A DNA stretch of 64,000 nt from Nitrospina sp. LS_NOB (GCA_001542995.1 LFLA01000003.1:78195-142194), one strand, 5' to 3'; counted from the stretch's first letter, positions 10,058-20,428 are shown. Translations and numbers: made by a program. Notes: a model not told the origin generated them from the sequence alone.

Positions 10058-10645
10058 ATGTCAGCATTAGTTGCTAAACCTGCCCCGGCTTTCACTGCTC
10101 AGGCCGTGATGCCTGATGGCAGTTTCAAGGAAATCAAACTTTCCGACTATAAGGGAAAATATGTCATTCTGTTTTTCTATCCGTTGGACTTCACCTTTGT
10201 TTGCCCGACCGAGATCATCGCTTTCAGCACCAGTATGGATGAGTTCAAGAAACGCAATACCGAAGTGCTGGGGGTTTCCATCGACAGCCATTTCTCGCAT
10301 CTGGCCTGGAGAAATACCGATCGTAAAAAGGGCGGACTCGGTGATATTGCCTATCCACTCGTTGCCGATGTGAACAAGAAAATCACCTACGATTACGGGG
10401 TTATGCATGAGGCGGGAATAGCTTTCCGTGGACTGTTCCTGATTGATAAGGAAGGTGTGGTCCAGCATCAGCTCATCAACAACCTGCCTTTGGGAAGAAA
10501 TATCGACGAAGCTTTGAGGATGATAGATGCTTTGCAGTTCCACGAGAACAATGGCGAAGTGTGCCCGGCGAACTGGAAAGAAGGCGATGATGGTATGAAG
10601 CCGGATCCTAAAGGATCGCAAGATTATTTCGGCAAACATAACTAA
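10058..10645 (+). CDS. Typical 2-Cys peroxiredoxin (AhpC/Tsa family)
   Basis: Peroxidatic motif FTFVCPTEI and resolving Cys in EVCPANW. 195 aa. Confidence 0.92.
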   Translation: MSALVAKPAPAFTAQAVMPDGSFKEIKLSDYKGKYVILFFYPLDFTFVCPTEIIAFSTSMDEFKKRNTEVLGVSIDSHFSHLAWRNTDRKKGGLGDIAYPLVADVNKKITYDYGVMHEAGIAFRGLFLIDKEGVVQHQLINNLPLGRNIDEALRMIDALQFHENNGEVCPANWKEGDDGMKPDPKGSQDYFGKHN

Positions 10646-10750
10646 CCACTCGGCGTGGGGCCAGTGAGCAAATGCCTCAAGCCGAGAGTATTGTTGCCAG
10701 CTGCAAAAGATATTGCTCATTACCAGCGGAGGTACTCCGCCCACTCGGCG
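10646..10750. repeat. Dispersed mosaic repeat, copy R5, bracketed by 10-bp direct repeats
   Basis: CCACTCGGCG occurs at 10646-10655 and again at 10741-10750. The interior has aagccgagagtattgttgccagc and ccagcggaggtactccgc. Confidence 0.55.
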
Positions 10751-10770
10751 GTTACGTCGGTCTTGAAATT

Positions 10771-10805
10771 TGGGGGCGTTTCCAACAGGGGACGCCCCTT
10801 TTTCT
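10771..10805 (+). terminator. Rho-independent terminator of the peroxiredoxin gene
   Basis: GGGGCGT-ttccaacaggg-ACGCCCC is followed by tttttc. It lies inside the ORF-track 5' extension of surE. Confidence 0.7.
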
Positions 10806-10829
10806 ACTTACATATTCCCGAAACTCTAT

Positions 10830-11579
10830 ATGATCGTGCTTTGTAATGATGATGGATTTAACGCCGGTGGCTTGAGAACTCTATACCGGGAACTCAGTCA
10901 GGAGGATGATGTGATCATTGTTGCGCCGGAAACGGAGCAAAGCGCCATGGGCCACGCCATCACCCTGACCCAGCCGCTCAAGGTGAGGAAGGTGGAGGAG
11001 GAAGGCCGGCTCATTGGTTATGCCGTCAATGGAACCCCGGCGGACTGCGTCAAGCTGGCCATCGCCGTATTGCTGGATGAACCGCCCCGGATGGTGGTTT
11101 CGGGGATCAATCTGGGCGGGAATCTCGGCATTTGCGCGCTTTATTCCGGAACCGTTTCTGCCGCGACCGAAGCGATGATTATGGGGGTTCCCGGTATCGC
11201 AGTTTCTTTGGACACCTATGAGAAGCCGGATTTTAATCCCGCTGCAAAGTTCACCCGCAAGTTGATCAAAAAAGTCTTGGAAAAAGGATTGCCCGAGGGC
11301 GTTGTTCTGAACGTCAATATTCCACCTGTCCCTGAAGATGAAATTGCCGGGGTGGCCATCACCCGTCAAGGCAAGTCACGGGTGGTTGAATCGTTTGATC
11401 AACGGGTGGACCCGAGAAACAATACCTATTATTGGATGGCGGGTGAGATGCGGTTCGATGAAGTCGAAGAAGGTGCCGACTGCGTGATGGTGGGTAAAAA
11501 CTATATTTCGGTAACGCCGATCCATTTCGACCTCACCCATCACCCATCCATCAATGTGATCAAAGACTGGGGCCTTTGA
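10830..11579 (+). CDS. surE: 5'/3'-nucleotidase SurE
   Basis: MIVLCNDDGFNAGGL is the SurE N-terminal signature, with GINLGGNLG also present. The start is set at the ATG matching the family N-terminus. Confidence 0.9.
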   Translation: MIVLCNDDGFNAGGLRTLYRELSQEDDVIIVAPETEQSAMGHAITLTQPLKVRKVEEEGRLIGYAVNGTPADCVKLAIAVLLDEPPRMVVSGINLGGNLGICALYSGTVSAATEAMIMGVPGIAVSLDTYEKPDFNPAAKFTRKLIKKVLEKGLPEGVVLNVNIPPVPEDEIAGVAITRQGKSRVVESFDQRVDPRNNTYYWMAGEMRFDEVEEGADCVMVGKNYISVTPIHFDLTHHPSINVIKDWGL

Positions 11580-11580
11580 T

Positions 11581-11676
11581 CGGCGTAGCCGCCGTGCAGA
11601 TAGCAATAGATTGCCTGGCTGGCAACGGTGCTCTCGGCTTAAAAGCTTATTGCTTACTGGGTCCAGCGTTACGCTT
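11581..11676. repeat. Dispersed mosaic intergenic repeat, copy R6
   Basis: ggctggcaacggtgctctcggctt (reverse module) is followed by attgcttactgggtccagcgttacgct (forward module). Confidence 0.5.
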
Positions 11677-11722
11677 AAAATACAAACGGGATGGGCATAA
11701 AGCCCATCCCGTTTGTATTTTA
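11677..11722. terminator. Bidirectional terminator, perfect 16-bp stem
   Basis: TACAAACGGGATGGGC-ataaa-GCCCATCCCGTTTGTA is flanked by aaaa and tttt. It lies between convergent surE and pnp. Confidence 0.8.
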
Positions 11723-11732
11723 AGCGATTGAA

Positions 11733-13826
11733 TCAAGCCGTAGGAACTGCTTCGCGCAGGGCTTCTTTACGGCTAAGTTTGACCTTGCCTTGTTGATCCA
11801 CATCAATGACCTTGACTCTGATTTCATCACCTTCCTGAATCTCGTCACTGACATTTTTGATCCGGCGGTCGCAAATTTGCGAGATATGTACCAGGCCATC
11901 GGTGCCGGGGAAGATTTCCACGAAGGCTCCGAAGTCGACGATCTTTTTGACCTTGCCGAGATAGATTTTCCCGACCTCGACTTCCTGGACCAGGTTTTCC
12001 ACATACTCGATGGCCTTCTTGGCGGCTTCCTCATCGGCGGAGGCTATTGAAACCACCCCATCATCGTTGATGTCGATGGTGACGCCGGTTTTATCAATGA
12101 TATCGCGGATGACTTTGCCACCCGGTCCAATAACGTCGCGAATTTTATCTTTTGGAACCGTAATCTGGACGATTCTAGGAGCGTATTTGGACAGTTCATC
12201 TCTCGGGCTTTGCAGAGCTTTATCCATTTCACCGAGGATATGCATTCTCCCTTCTTTCGCTTGCTCGAGGGCTTTGCCCATGAGTTCACGGTCCAGGCCT
12301 GCGATTTTGATGTCCATTTGCAGGGCGGTGATACCGTTGCTGGTTCCCGCCACTTTAAAGTCCATATCACCTAGATGATCTTCGGAGCCGAGAATGTCAG
12401 AAAGAATCGCCACCCGGTCCCCGTCCTTAATCAGTCCCATAGCGATGCCTGCAACAGGAGCTTTGATGGGAACACCTGCATCCATCATTGAGAGCGAACC
12501 GCCACACACTGAAGCCATGGAAGAGGAACCGTTGGATTCAAGAATCTCGGAAACTATTCGGATGGTGTAAGGGAATTTTTCCCTGCTCGGCAGGATGGGT
12601 ATGAGAGCTCGTTCGGCGAGCATGCCGTGGCCTATCTCGCGTCGTCCGGGGCCGCCAATAAACTTGACCTCACCGGTACAGAATGCCGGGAAGTTGTAGT
12701 GCAGGAGAAAAGACTTGGTGCCCTTAAACTCCAAACTGTCCATTCGTTGCTCATCCACCGAAGTCCCCATGGTGGCGGTGACAAGAGCCTGGGTTTCGCC
12801 ACGGGTGAAAACAGCGGAACCGTGCACGCGCGGCAAATAGCCGACCATGATGCTGATGGGTCGGACATCGGCCAGGCCTCTACCATCTACCCGATACTGC
12901 TTGTCGAGAACAAGGTTGCGCACAATGTCTTTTTCCAAGTCATGGAAAATATCTTTTACCTCACCTTTTTTCTCTTCCTGCTCTTCAGGGCTTAATGCTT
13001 CGGTGAGATCATTTTTAATTTTCTTGATGGCATCGCTACGTTCGTGTTTGCCTGCGATTTGCATCGCATCATTCAGACTGGATGCAGCCTGTGTGTGAAT
13101 TTTGCTTTTCAGTGCTTCATCCACTTTTGGCGCTTCTACCACAAGTTTTTCCTTGCCGAGAAGTTCGCGGAGCTTGATCTGAATTTCGATCACTTTTTTA
13201 ATTCTTTCGTGACCGAACTCAAGAGCTGCCATCATATCTTCTTCACTCACTTCTTTGGCGCCGGCTTCAACCATTACGATTCCGTCGGATGTTCCCGCTA
13301 TGATCAGGTTCAGGTCACTGTTCGCCGTGTCGTCGTAAGTGGGATTAAAAATCAGCTTGCCCTCCACCCGGGAAATGCGAGCCCCGGCAATGGGGGTTTC
13401 AAACGGAATGTCAGAGATCATCAACGCGGCGGAAGCACCGGTGATGGCATTGACATCCGGGGGATTGACCTGGTCATGCGAGACAACCAGTCCGACAACC
13501 TGAGTTTCGTTTTTGAATGCTTTCGGGAACAACGGCCTGATAGGCCTGTCGATCAACCGGCAGATCAGGGTTTCGATTTCTCCGGGGCGGGCTTCCCGCT
13601 TAAAAAAACTGCCGGGGATTTTTCCGGCGGCATAGGTTTTTTCCCGATAGTCTACAGTCAGGGGAAAGAAATCGATTCCCTCCCGAGGCTCTTTAGCCAT
13701 GGTGGCGGTCACCAGCACCATGGTGTCGCCTTGCCGGACAACGACTGCGCCGCCGGCTTGCCGGGCTAGATCGCCTGCTTCCAGTGAAATTACTTTTCCA
13801 TCTATGTCTACTTCAACTTTTTCCAT
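11733..13826 (-). CDS. pnp: Polyribonucleotide nucleotidyltransferase (PNPase)
   Basis: 697 aa. Two RNase PH domains, then a KH domain and an S1 domain (GKVKKIVDFGAFVEI). Confidence 0.97.
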   Translation of the reverse strand: MEKVEVDIDGKVISLEAGDLARQAGGAVVVRQGDTMVLVTATMAKEPREGIDFFPLTVDYREKTYAAGKIPGSFFKREARPGEIETLICRLIDRPIRPLFPKAFKNETQVVGLVVSHDQVNPPDVNAITGASAALMISDIPFETPIAGARISRVEGKLIFNPTYDDTANSDLNLIIAGTSDGIVMVEAGAKEVSEEDMMAALEFGHERIKKVIEIQIKLRELLGKEKLVVEAPKVDEALKSKIHTQAASSLNDAMQIAGKHERSDAIKKIKNDLTEALSPEEQEEKKGEVKDIFHDLEKDIVRNLVLDKQYRVDGRGLADVRPISIMVGYLPRVHGSAVFTRGETQALVTATMGTSVDEQRMDSLEFKGTKSFLLHYNFPAFCTGEVKFIGGPGRREIGHGMLAERALIPILPSREKFPYTIRIVSEILESNGSSSMASVCGGSLSMMDAGVPIKAPVAGIAMGLIKDGDRVAILSDILGSEDHLGDMDFKVAGTSNGITALQMDIKIAGLDRELMGKALEQAKEGRMHILGEMDKALQSPRDELSKYAPRIVQITVPKDKIRDVIGPGGKVIRDIIDKTGVTIDINDDGVVSIASADEEAAKKAIEYVENLVQEVEVGKIYLGKVKKIVDFGAFVEIFPGTDGLVHISQICDRRIKNVSDEIQEGDEIRVKVIDVDQQGKVKLSRKEALREAVPTA

Positions 13827-13880
13827 TAATATATCTCCAGTATCTTTTTGTCCTGAGAATTCAGGGTAGGTTGGGCGCGA

Positions 13881-14150
13881 TTATCTGCGTATGCCGAGCT
13901 TTGAAATGATGCTCTGGTAACGGCTAATATCTTCTTTTTTGAGGTGATCCAATAATTTTCGTCTCTGGCTCACCAGCTTGAGTAGTCCGCGCCGGGAATG
14001 GTGGTCTTTGGAATGCGTCTTGAAATGTTCCGTCAAATAGGTAACGCGTTTTGTCAGTAATGCGATCTGCACTTCTGAAGACCCCGTGTCTTTTTCATGA
14101 ATCTTGTAATCGGTAATAACCGTAGTTTTTTGTTCTGCACTCATTGTCAT
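13881..14150 (-). CDS. rpsO: 30S ribosomal protein S15
   Basis: 89 aa with [13 protein letters not shown]...[12 protein letters not shown]...RR. Confidence 0.97.
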   Translation of the reverse strand: MTMSAEQKTTVITDYKIHEKDTGSSEVQIALLTKRVTYLTEHFKTHSKDHHSRRGLLKLVSQRRKLLDHLKKEDISRYQSIISKLGIRR

Positions 14151-14188
14151 GATTTTTTCTCCAACTCGTTAAATGCGGGAAAACGATT

Positions 14189-14248
14189 GGAAAATGTTTT
14201 CGTAGAGACACACCATAACTTTATGCGGTGTCTCTGCGAAAACATTCC
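14189..14248 (-). promoter_or_regulatory. Long hairpin in the truB-rpsO spacer (truB terminator and/or rpsO leader)
   Basis: About 20-bp stem: aatgttttcgTagagacac pairs with gtgtctctGcgaaaacatt, with a single U-G pair. It lies 39 nt upstream of the rpsO ATG. Confidence 0.45.
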
Positions 14249-14281
14249 AACCTTCTTCCGTCAAATTCCAAATGTTTAGTA

Positions 14282-15223
14282 CTAAATTAAAACACGTTTT
14301 AATTTAAACGCGATATCTTCTGGTGCCAGCCGACTAAATAGATCCTGATCGACAATAGGCTCAACGATGGCGAGTACCTTGTCACTGTCGTTGCAAACAC
14401 GTAACATCATCCCTGGTTTGAATTCCCCTGGATAAGCTTTCAGGGAAAATTTGGGCAGGGCGTTGCCATTGGCAATAGACTCTATGAAATCATCATTGAC
14501 ACGGACTTTAGGAAGAAATTCCAAAGCTTTTTCCACAGGAAAAAGCACTCCGGCCAGATTTCCGTTATTGTTTGCGGTTTCCAATGCTTCGGGAGTGATT
14601 GAACAGTTTTGGGCAAACACTCCCACCCGTTTCCGGATCAACCCGGACATATGCGCACCGCAACCCAAACTTTGCCCAATATCATGGCACAGGGTGCGGA
14701 TGTAAGTTCCCGCAGAACAATGCACTTCAAATTCTACCCGATTTTCATCCATATTAATAAAATCAATGGAATAAAAATGGACTGAGACGGGTTTCCTCTC
14801 GATAGTAATACCATTTCTGGCTAATTTGTAAAGAGGAATTCCCTTGCTTTTCTTTGCCGAGTACATGGGAGGCACCTGTTTTTGCTCCCCTTTAAAGCTC
14901 ATGAGCAGGTTCCGGATCTGGATCTCGGTGACCTCGGAGGGGTCTCTCTCAAAAAGAGTCTTGCCGGTGGAGTCCTGAGTGTCGGTGGCCGCTCCCAGTG
15001 TCATAGTACATTGATAATGCTTGGATAAAGGGCTTAGGAACCGAATAATCCGGGTCGATTGGTTGAGGCAGATTGGCAAAATACCCTCCGCCATGGGGTC
15101 CAGGGTGCCTATATGCCCCGCTTTTTTTACGCCCAGAATCCTCTTTACCGTATGAACCATGGAAAACGAAGTAGGGCCAGACGGTTTATAGAGGTTGACC
15201 ACCTGATTCAGAGTGCAGTCCAT
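14282..15223 (-). CDS. truB: tRNA pseudouridine(55) synthase TruB
   Basis: VVNLYKPSGPTSF...GHIGTLDPMAEGILPI contains the catalytic Asp motif. The start is taken at an internal ATG (MDCTLNQ). It overlaps the rbfA end. Confidence 0.9.
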   Translation of the reverse strand: MDCTLNQVVNLYKPSGPTSFSMVHTVKRILGVKKAGHIGTLDPMAEGILPICLNQSTRIIRFLSPLSKHYQCTMTLGAATDTQDSTGKTLFERDPSEVTEIQIRNLLMSFKGEQKQVPPMYSAKKSKGIPLYKLARNGITIERKPVSVHFYSIDFINMDENRVEFEVHCSAGTYIRTLCHDIGQSLGCGAHMSGLIRKRVGVFAQNCSITPEALETANNNGNLAGVLFPVEKALEFLPKVRVNDDFIESIANGNALPKFSLKAYPGEFKPGMMLRVCNDSDKVLAIVEPIVDQDLFSRLAPEDIAFKLKRVLI

Positions 15224-15548
15224 TGAGTATCCTTGATATCTTTTCAACATGATCGGCATTATCATCCCGCCGAAATTCCAGTTCAGGAAGATACCTTAAA
15301 TAAAGGTTCTTGCCCAACGCATTACGGATGAAGCCTTTAGCATTGATCAGTCCATCCAGGGTATCCTTTTTTTCTTGTTCAGAGCCCATCACGCTGACAA
15401 ATATTTTAGCGTGTTTGAGATTGTCAGAAACTTCCACCTTGGTGATGGTGGTAAAGCCTATCCGGGGATCTTTCAATCCACTCTGGACCAGCTTTGATAT
15501 TTCTTCAAGAAGTAGTTCCTGAATTCTAAGAGAACGCTTGAACCGCAT
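15186..15548 (-). CDS. rbfA: Ribosome-binding factor A
   Basis: MRFKRSLRIQELLLEEISKLV...DPRIGFTTITKVEVSDNLKHAKIFVS matches the family. Confidence 0.9.
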   Translation of the reverse strand: MRFKRSLRIQELLLEEISKLVQSGLKDPRIGFTTITKVEVSDNLKHAKIFVSVMGSEQEKKDTLDGLINAKGFIRNALGKNLYLRYLPELEFRRDDNADHVEKISRILNGLHSESGGQPL

Positions 15549-15564
15549 GAAAACACCTGCTGTT

Positions 15565-15867
15565 TTAAAAGTTTCCGGGGCCAAGATGCATAGTCTCTGT
15601 TTTACAATCGGTGATCTCGGCCAGATTCATTCGGTCGATGGCGTCGACGACCTTGGTCAACAACCCATCCATGTATGGGCGGTCAGATCCCACAGCGGCG
15701 ATTCCGATGTGGAGACTTTGCCAATTGTCCTGATCCCCAACTTCCGCGACCGACACATTAAAGTTATTCTTGAGCCGGTCTTTAATGGCTCTGACGACTT
15801 GGCGCTTACCCTTTAAAGATCGGTTTCCGTGCAAATAAAACTTGATGGAGCAACAACCGATAACCAT
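15565..15867 (-). CDS. DUF503 (YlxP-like) protein
   Basis: 100 aa with IKFYLHGNRSLKGKRQVVRAIKDRL...VAEVGDQD. It sits in the conserved position between infB and rbfA. Confidence 0.75.
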   Translation of the reverse strand: MVIGCCSIKFYLHGNRSLKGKRQVVRAIKDRLKNNFNVSVAEVGDQDNWQSLHIGIAAVGSDRPYMDGLLTKVVDAIDRMNLAEITDCKTETMHLGPGNF

Positions 15868-15890
15868 TTTTTTTTGCGGAAAACTGCATA

Positions 15891-18209
15891 TCAGTTTGTG
15901 ATCTCTTCCAGCACAAACGGTTCGACCACATCGCCCTGTTTCACATCCTGGAACTTTTCAATAGAAAGACCGCAATCATAACCTGCGGCGACTTCTTTTA
16001 CATCGTCCTTAAACCTTCTGATGGACGCGATCTTGCCTTGGTAGATCACCACATTGTCTCGAATCAGGCGGGCTTCCATATTGCGCTCTACTTTTCCTGA
16101 CAGCACATGGCATCCGGCAATGGTGCCGACTTTGGGAATGGTGAACACCTCGCGGATTTCGGCCTTGCCGATAATTCGTTCTTTGTATTTTGGTGCCAGC
16201 ATTCCTTCCAAGGCCAGTTTCATATCATTGATGGCATCGTAAATAATGCTGTAGAGGCGAATATCTACCTGATCCCGGGTGGCCAGTCTGGTGGCCTGGT
16301 CTGTGGGACGCACGTTGAATCCGATAATGATTGCGTTGGACGCGCTGGCCAGAAGAACATCCGACTCGGTGATGCCACCGACAGCATCATGAATGCATTT
16401 GATGCGGACCTCTTTGTCGCCCAGTTTACCGAAGGCCTCCTGGACCGCATGAATCGAGCCCTGGACGTCTGCCTTGATTATCAGATTAAGTTCTTTAATC
16501 TGACCTTCAACAATCTGCTGGTGCAGGTCGTCCATGGTGATGCGTGTGGATTTGGCCAGTTGGATTTCCCGCTGTTCCTGTAGTCTCAGGTTGCTGAGTT
16601 GCCGGGCCTTTTTTTCGTCCCGAACTACCATGAAGTGGTCGCCGGGCTGCGGAACATCCGGCAAACCCACGACCTCTACAGGAGTGGAAGGAATGGCTTT
16701 TTTAATTTTTTTGCCATTGTCATCGATCAATGCCCGGACCTTGCCGAAATAGCAACCGACGATAAAAGGTTCTCCGACTTTCAAGGTGCCGCTTTCAACA
16801 ACCAAGGTGGCGATGGGTCCACGTCCTTTATCCAGTTTGGACTCGATGACCACTCCTCTGCCGCGGAGTGTCGGGTTGGCTTTCAGTTCCATGACTTCCG
16901 CCTGCAGGAGCAAATTTTCAAGCAGGTGGTCAATTCCCGTTCCGTTTAAGGCCGAGACTTCGACGTAGATTGTTTGTCCACCCCAGTCCTCAGGCAGAAG
17001 GCCCAGGTCGGCCAATTGTTTTTTGACCTCTTCGGGTTTCGCGTCCGGTTTGTCAATTTTATTGATGGCCACAAGAATCGGAACTCCCGCCGCCTCGGCA
17101 TGGTGAATCGCTTCTTTGGTTTGCGGTTTGATTCCGTCATCAGCGGCCACAACCAGAACGACAATGTCTGTCACCTGTGCACCCCTGGCTCTCATGGCTG
17201 TGAAGGCTTCGTGCCCCGGTGTGTCGAGGAAAGTGATGGGCGATCCCTTGATGCGAGCCTGATAGGCGCCAATATGCTGGGTGATTCCACCCGCTTCCAG
17301 TTTGGTCACATCGGTTTTACGGATGGCATCAAGAAGGGAGGTCTTGCCGTGATCGACATGCCCCATGATGGTTACAATCGGAGCTCGGGTGACATGGTCT
17401 TCGCTGTTGTCTTCTTCTTCTTCCGAGAAATCCAGTTCAGATTTTTCAATATGGAGTTCAACCTCGAACCCGAGTTTATCGGCAACCTTGCTGGCAAGAT
17501 CAAAGTTCAGAGTCTGGTTGATATTGGCCAGGATTCCGAAAATCATTAATTCCTTAATGATTTCATTCGGTGGGCATTTCATTTTTTCTGCCAGTTCGCG
17601 CACCGGGATGTTCTCTCCAATTTGAACGACCTCGAAACCTTCCTCTGGAACAACAGGTTCTGGAGCCGGTTTGGGAGCAACAGGGGGTGCGGTTACTTTA
17701 GCGGGTTTTTCTTTCGCCGCCGAGGTTGGTTTTTCTTTTGCTACTGGGGCCGGTTTTTTCTCGACGGGTTTCGGTTTGTCTTCTTTTTTGACAATTTTAA
17801 GCCCGAGTTTTTTCCCTACTTTACTTTCCTGTATTTCCTTGGTTTTTTCCGCAGGTTTAGCCTTTGCTGTGGATTTGGCTGTGGTTTTAGTCTTTGGGGT
17901 TTTTTCGTCCTTGTTGTCTGATTTCTTCGCGGCCTTTTTTGCGGCGGTAGATTTGGCCTGGGTTTTTGCGGTTGTAACTTTTACCTTGGAGGGAACCTTG
18001 ATTTTAATTTTTGCCTTGGTTTTTTTCACCACCTTTTTGGTGGTGGCGGGTTTAGGCGCAAAGAGATCACGGATGTATTGCGTGGCTTCTTCATCAATGG
18101 AACTCATATGATTTTTTACAGCTACGCTATGTTTTTGCAGAGCCTCAATGATCTGATCATTCTGGATATTGAGTTCCAAGGCCAGCTTGTTGATGCGAAT
18201 CTTAGCCAA
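15891..18209 (-). CDS. infB: Translation initiation factor IF-2
   Basis: GTPase motifs [20 protein letters not shown] and NKID follow a K/A/P-rich N-terminus. The likely start is TTG at 18209, directly preceded by AGGAGG. The track ATG at 18236 lacks an SD. Confidence 0.96.
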   Translation of the reverse strand: MAKIRINKLALELNIQNDQIIEALQKHSVAVKNHMSSIDEEATQYIRDLFAPKPATTKKVVKKTKAKIKIKVPSKVKVTTAKTQAKSTAAKKAAKKSDNKDEKTPKTKTTAKSTAKAKPAEKTKEIQESKVGKKLGLKIVKKEDKPKPVEKKPAPVAKEKPTSAAKEKPAKVTAPPVAPKPAPEPVVPEEGFEVVQIGENIPVRELAEKMKCPPNEIIKELMIFGILANINQTLNFDLASKVADKLGFEVELHIEKSELDFSEEEEDNSEDHVTRAPIVTIMGHVDHGKTSLLDAIRKTDVTKLEAGGITQHIGAYQARIKGSPITFLDTPGHEAFTAMRARGAQVTDIVVLVVAADDGIKPQTKEAIHHAEAAGVPILVAINKIDKPDAKPEEVKKQLADLGLLPEDWGGQTIYVEVSALNGTGIDHLLENLLLQAEVMELKANPTLRGRGVVIESKLDKGRGPIATLVVESGTLKVGEPFIVGCYFGKVRALIDDNGKKIKKAIPSTPVEVVGLPDVPQPGDHFMVVRDEKKARQLSNLRLQEQREIQLAKSTRITMDDLHQQIVEGQIKELNLIIKADVQGSIHAVQEAFGKLGDKEVRIKCIHDAVGGITESDVLLASASNAIIIGFNVRPTDQATRLATRDQVDIRLYSIIYDAINDMKLALEGMLAPKYKERIIGKAEIREVFTIPKVGTIAGCHVLSGKVERNMEARLIRDNVVIYQGKIASIRRFKDDVKEVAAGYDCGLSIEKFQDVKQGDVVEPFVLEEITN

Positions 18210-18325
18210 ATTTCCTCCTGTTAGACAACACTGCAATTTTCTTAAGACCCGGAGTCGATAAATGGCTCACGGGTTTGGGTAAAGTTTTTCTATCTTGAAA
18301 GAAGGAGATGGATTTGATTTGAGTT

Positions 18326-19957
18326 TTAAACATTTTCAAGATTCTCCAGGCGTTGCTTGACCTGTGCCAGAATGGACTTGCCCATCTCCTCATCAATACT
18401 TTCCATGGCTATTAACTCCTCCAGCGGAGTGATAGAAAGCTCGGCCATTGTTTCAAATCCGTTATTGGCCAAGGTTTGCAGAACCTCAGGGGTCAGCCCT
18501 GTTAGTTCCTGTATGAGGATTTCTTCCTCCTCCTCTTCTGCGGAGATTTCTTCTCCCTGATCTTCAACCTCAGTTACAGGGCTTTCTTCTTCCTGAACCG
18601 GTGTCTCAGGTTCGGGGGTTTCTGTAGCTGCTGGTTCTTCAACCTCAGGGGTTTTCTTTTTGGCTGCTTTCTGCTCCAGTTTTAACTGCTTCATATATTC
18701 TTCGGATAACTGGAATAGGGCTTCAGCTTTTTTTGGGCCAATGCCTGGCAGCTGGATCAAGCCTTTCACTCCCTGCTTCAGCGCCCCTTCATAGGTAACA
18801 AGGTCATTATTGAAGAGGATGGTCATCACCTTTTCACCCAGACCTTTGGCGTTTTTCACGTCATCGAGAAAGTCCACCGTGGAAATCTCGGAGGGAGCCA
18901 AAAATGGATGCTGCACACCCAGGTCCATAGCTTCTGAAGGGCCTTTTATATCTACTTTCCAGCGGACCAGTTTGGCGGCCAGCCGCACGTTCTGGCCTTT
19001 TTTTCCTATAGCCAGCGACATCTGGTCTTCGGCCACGATGATCGTCATTTGTTTTTCATCGGGATTCATGATGATTCTTGAAACCTTGGCCGGACTCAAC
19101 GCATTTTTGATATAGGTTTCCGGGTCTTCAGAAAACTCAACGATATCTATTTTTTCGCCACGCAGTTCCTGCACGATAGATTGAACTCTCATTCCGCGCA
19201 TGCCGACACAAGCGCCCACCGCGTCGATTTCCCGGTCGTTGGTTCTCACCGAAATTTTGGTGCGACCGTTAGGCTCGCGAACCACTCCCATGATTTCAAC
19301 CATCCCCTCGCTGATTTCGGGAACTTCCATTTCGAACAAACTCTTGATCAATCCAATATGGGTGCGGGAAAGAATGACCAAAGCGTTCTTGGGCGTTTTC
19401 CGGACATCCAGGACATATGCTCGTATCCGTTCTCCACGATTGAAACTTTCCCGGAAAACCTGTTCCCGTCGAGGCAGAATGCCTTCGGCTTTTCCCAGAT
19501 CAACGATAAGGTCGCCATGTTCCATTCTTTGAACCATGCCGTTGATCAACTCACCTTTTTTTTCGATGTATTCAGCGTAGATCAAATCAATTTCCGCTTC
19601 GCGTACTTTTTGTACGATCACCTGCTTGGCGAGTTGGGCGGCAATCCGCCCATAATTTTCCAGAACCTGCTGGACCAGAACCTGTTCGCCGACATGGACA
19701 TCGTCGGCAAGTGCCGAAGCGTCCTTCAGGCTGATTTGTTCATCCGGCAGATCAACTTCTTCAACCACTGTTTTTTCCAGGTAAACTTCGACTTCCCCAG
19801 TGGCTTCGTTGAATTCAGTTTGCAGCTCCTTGATCGCCGGGTACCTTTTTCGTGCAGCAACTTCGACCGCAGCCTTCAATGCATCAATCAGGATGTCTTT
19901 ATCGATACCCTTATCGCGACTGATTTGCTCCAGAATACTGAGTGTTTCCATGCTCAT
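18326..19957 (-). CDS. nusA: Transcription termination/antitermination factor NusA
   Basis: 543 aa. N-terminal domain, S1, two KH domains (GACVGMRGMRVQ, IGKKGQNVRLA), an acidic linker and a C-terminal HhH repeat. Confidence 0.97.
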   Translation of the reverse strand: MSMETLSILEQISRDKGIDKDILIDALKAAVEVAARKRYPAIKELQTEFNEATGEVEVYLEKTVVEEVDLPDEQISLKDASALADDVHVGEQVLVQQVLENYGRIAAQLAKQVIVQKVREAEIDLIYAEYIEKKGELINGMVQRMEHGDLIVDLGKAEGILPRREQVFRESFNRGERIRAYVLDVRKTPKNALVILSRTHIGLIKSLFEMEVPEISEGMVEIMGVVREPNGRTKISVRTNDREIDAVGACVGMRGMRVQSIVQELRGEKIDIVEFSEDPETYIKNALSPAKVSRIIMNPDEKQMTIIVAEDQMSLAIGKKGQNVRLAAKLVRWKVDIKGPSEAMDLGVQHPFLAPSEISTVDFLDDVKNAKGLGEKVMTILFNNDLVTYEGALKQGVKGLIQLPGIGPKKAEALFQLSEEYMKQLKLEQKAAKKKTPEVEEPAATETPEPETPVQEEESPVTEVEDQGEEISAEEEEEEILIQELTGLTPEVLQTLANNGFETMAELSITPLEELIAMESIDEEMGKSILAQVKQRLENLENV

Positions 19958-19966
19958 GTGCTTGAC

Positions 19967-20428
19967 CTAAATTTCAATGACTAAACTTGCTTTGCCAACC
20001 TGACGCAACGGAATTTCAAAAAGCTTTCCGTCTACTTCCATAAATACGGTTTGATCTTTAAAATCTGTAAGGATGCCGGTAAATTTTCTTCTGTTGTCAA
20101 TCGGGGAAAGGCTGTGCAGGCGGATTCGCCTTCCCTTGAATTTTAAAAAATCTTTTTCCCGTTTCAGAACCCGATCCAGTCCCGGGGATGAGACTTCCAG
20201 GCTATAGGGGGTGGTGATGGTTTCCTCGACTTCAATGAGATCGCCGGTCAGGTGGCTGATTTTCTGGCAGTCCGCAACCGTGATTCCCTCTTCCTTGTCG
20301 ATAAATATCCTTAGAACCCAGTTCTTGCCTTCTTTTTTATATTCAACATCTACCAGTTCCAATCCCTCTGTTATAAGGACCGGTTCGATTAAATCCGTAA
20401 TCGCTTGCAAAACGGGGACTTTTGCCAT
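19967..20428 (-). CDS. rimP: Ribosome maturation factor RimP
   Basis: 153 aa with LELVDVEYKKEGKNWVLRIFID...LEVSSPGLDRVL. It is immediately upstream of nusA. Confidence 0.92.
   Translation of the reverse strand: MAKVPVLQAITDLIEPVLITEGLELVDVEYKKEGKNWVLRIFIDKEEGITVADCQKISHLTGDLIEVEETITTPYSLEVSSPGLDRVLKREKDFLKFKGRRIRLHSLSPIDNRRKFTGILTDFKDQTVFMEVDGKLFEIPLRQVGKASLVIEI

Noticed and set aside
10770-10829. Track start at 10770 for surE
   Set aside because: The extension has no SurE homology and contains the peroxiredoxin terminator hairpin. The family N-terminus MIVLCNDDG begins at 10830.
13044-13769. 241-aa plus-strand ORF. Similar long antisense ORFs lie at 16974-17549, 17671-18111, 19181-19984, 20926-21555, 23500-24126, 24653-25267, 28758-29270 and 50766-51305.
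   Set aside because: All lie entirely antisense to strongly supported conserved genes (pnp, infB, nusA, proS, pepM, rseP, lpxC fusion, ABC-class ATPase). Their composition is low-complexity or biased, so they are shadow ORFs.
18202-18396. 64-aa ORF between nusA and infB as a candidate YlxR/DUF448 gene
   Set aside because: It overlaps the nusA 3' end, lacks the YlxR Cys/Arg motif, and is basic junk-like. The nusA-infB spacer is only about 115 nt, so no ylxR is present.
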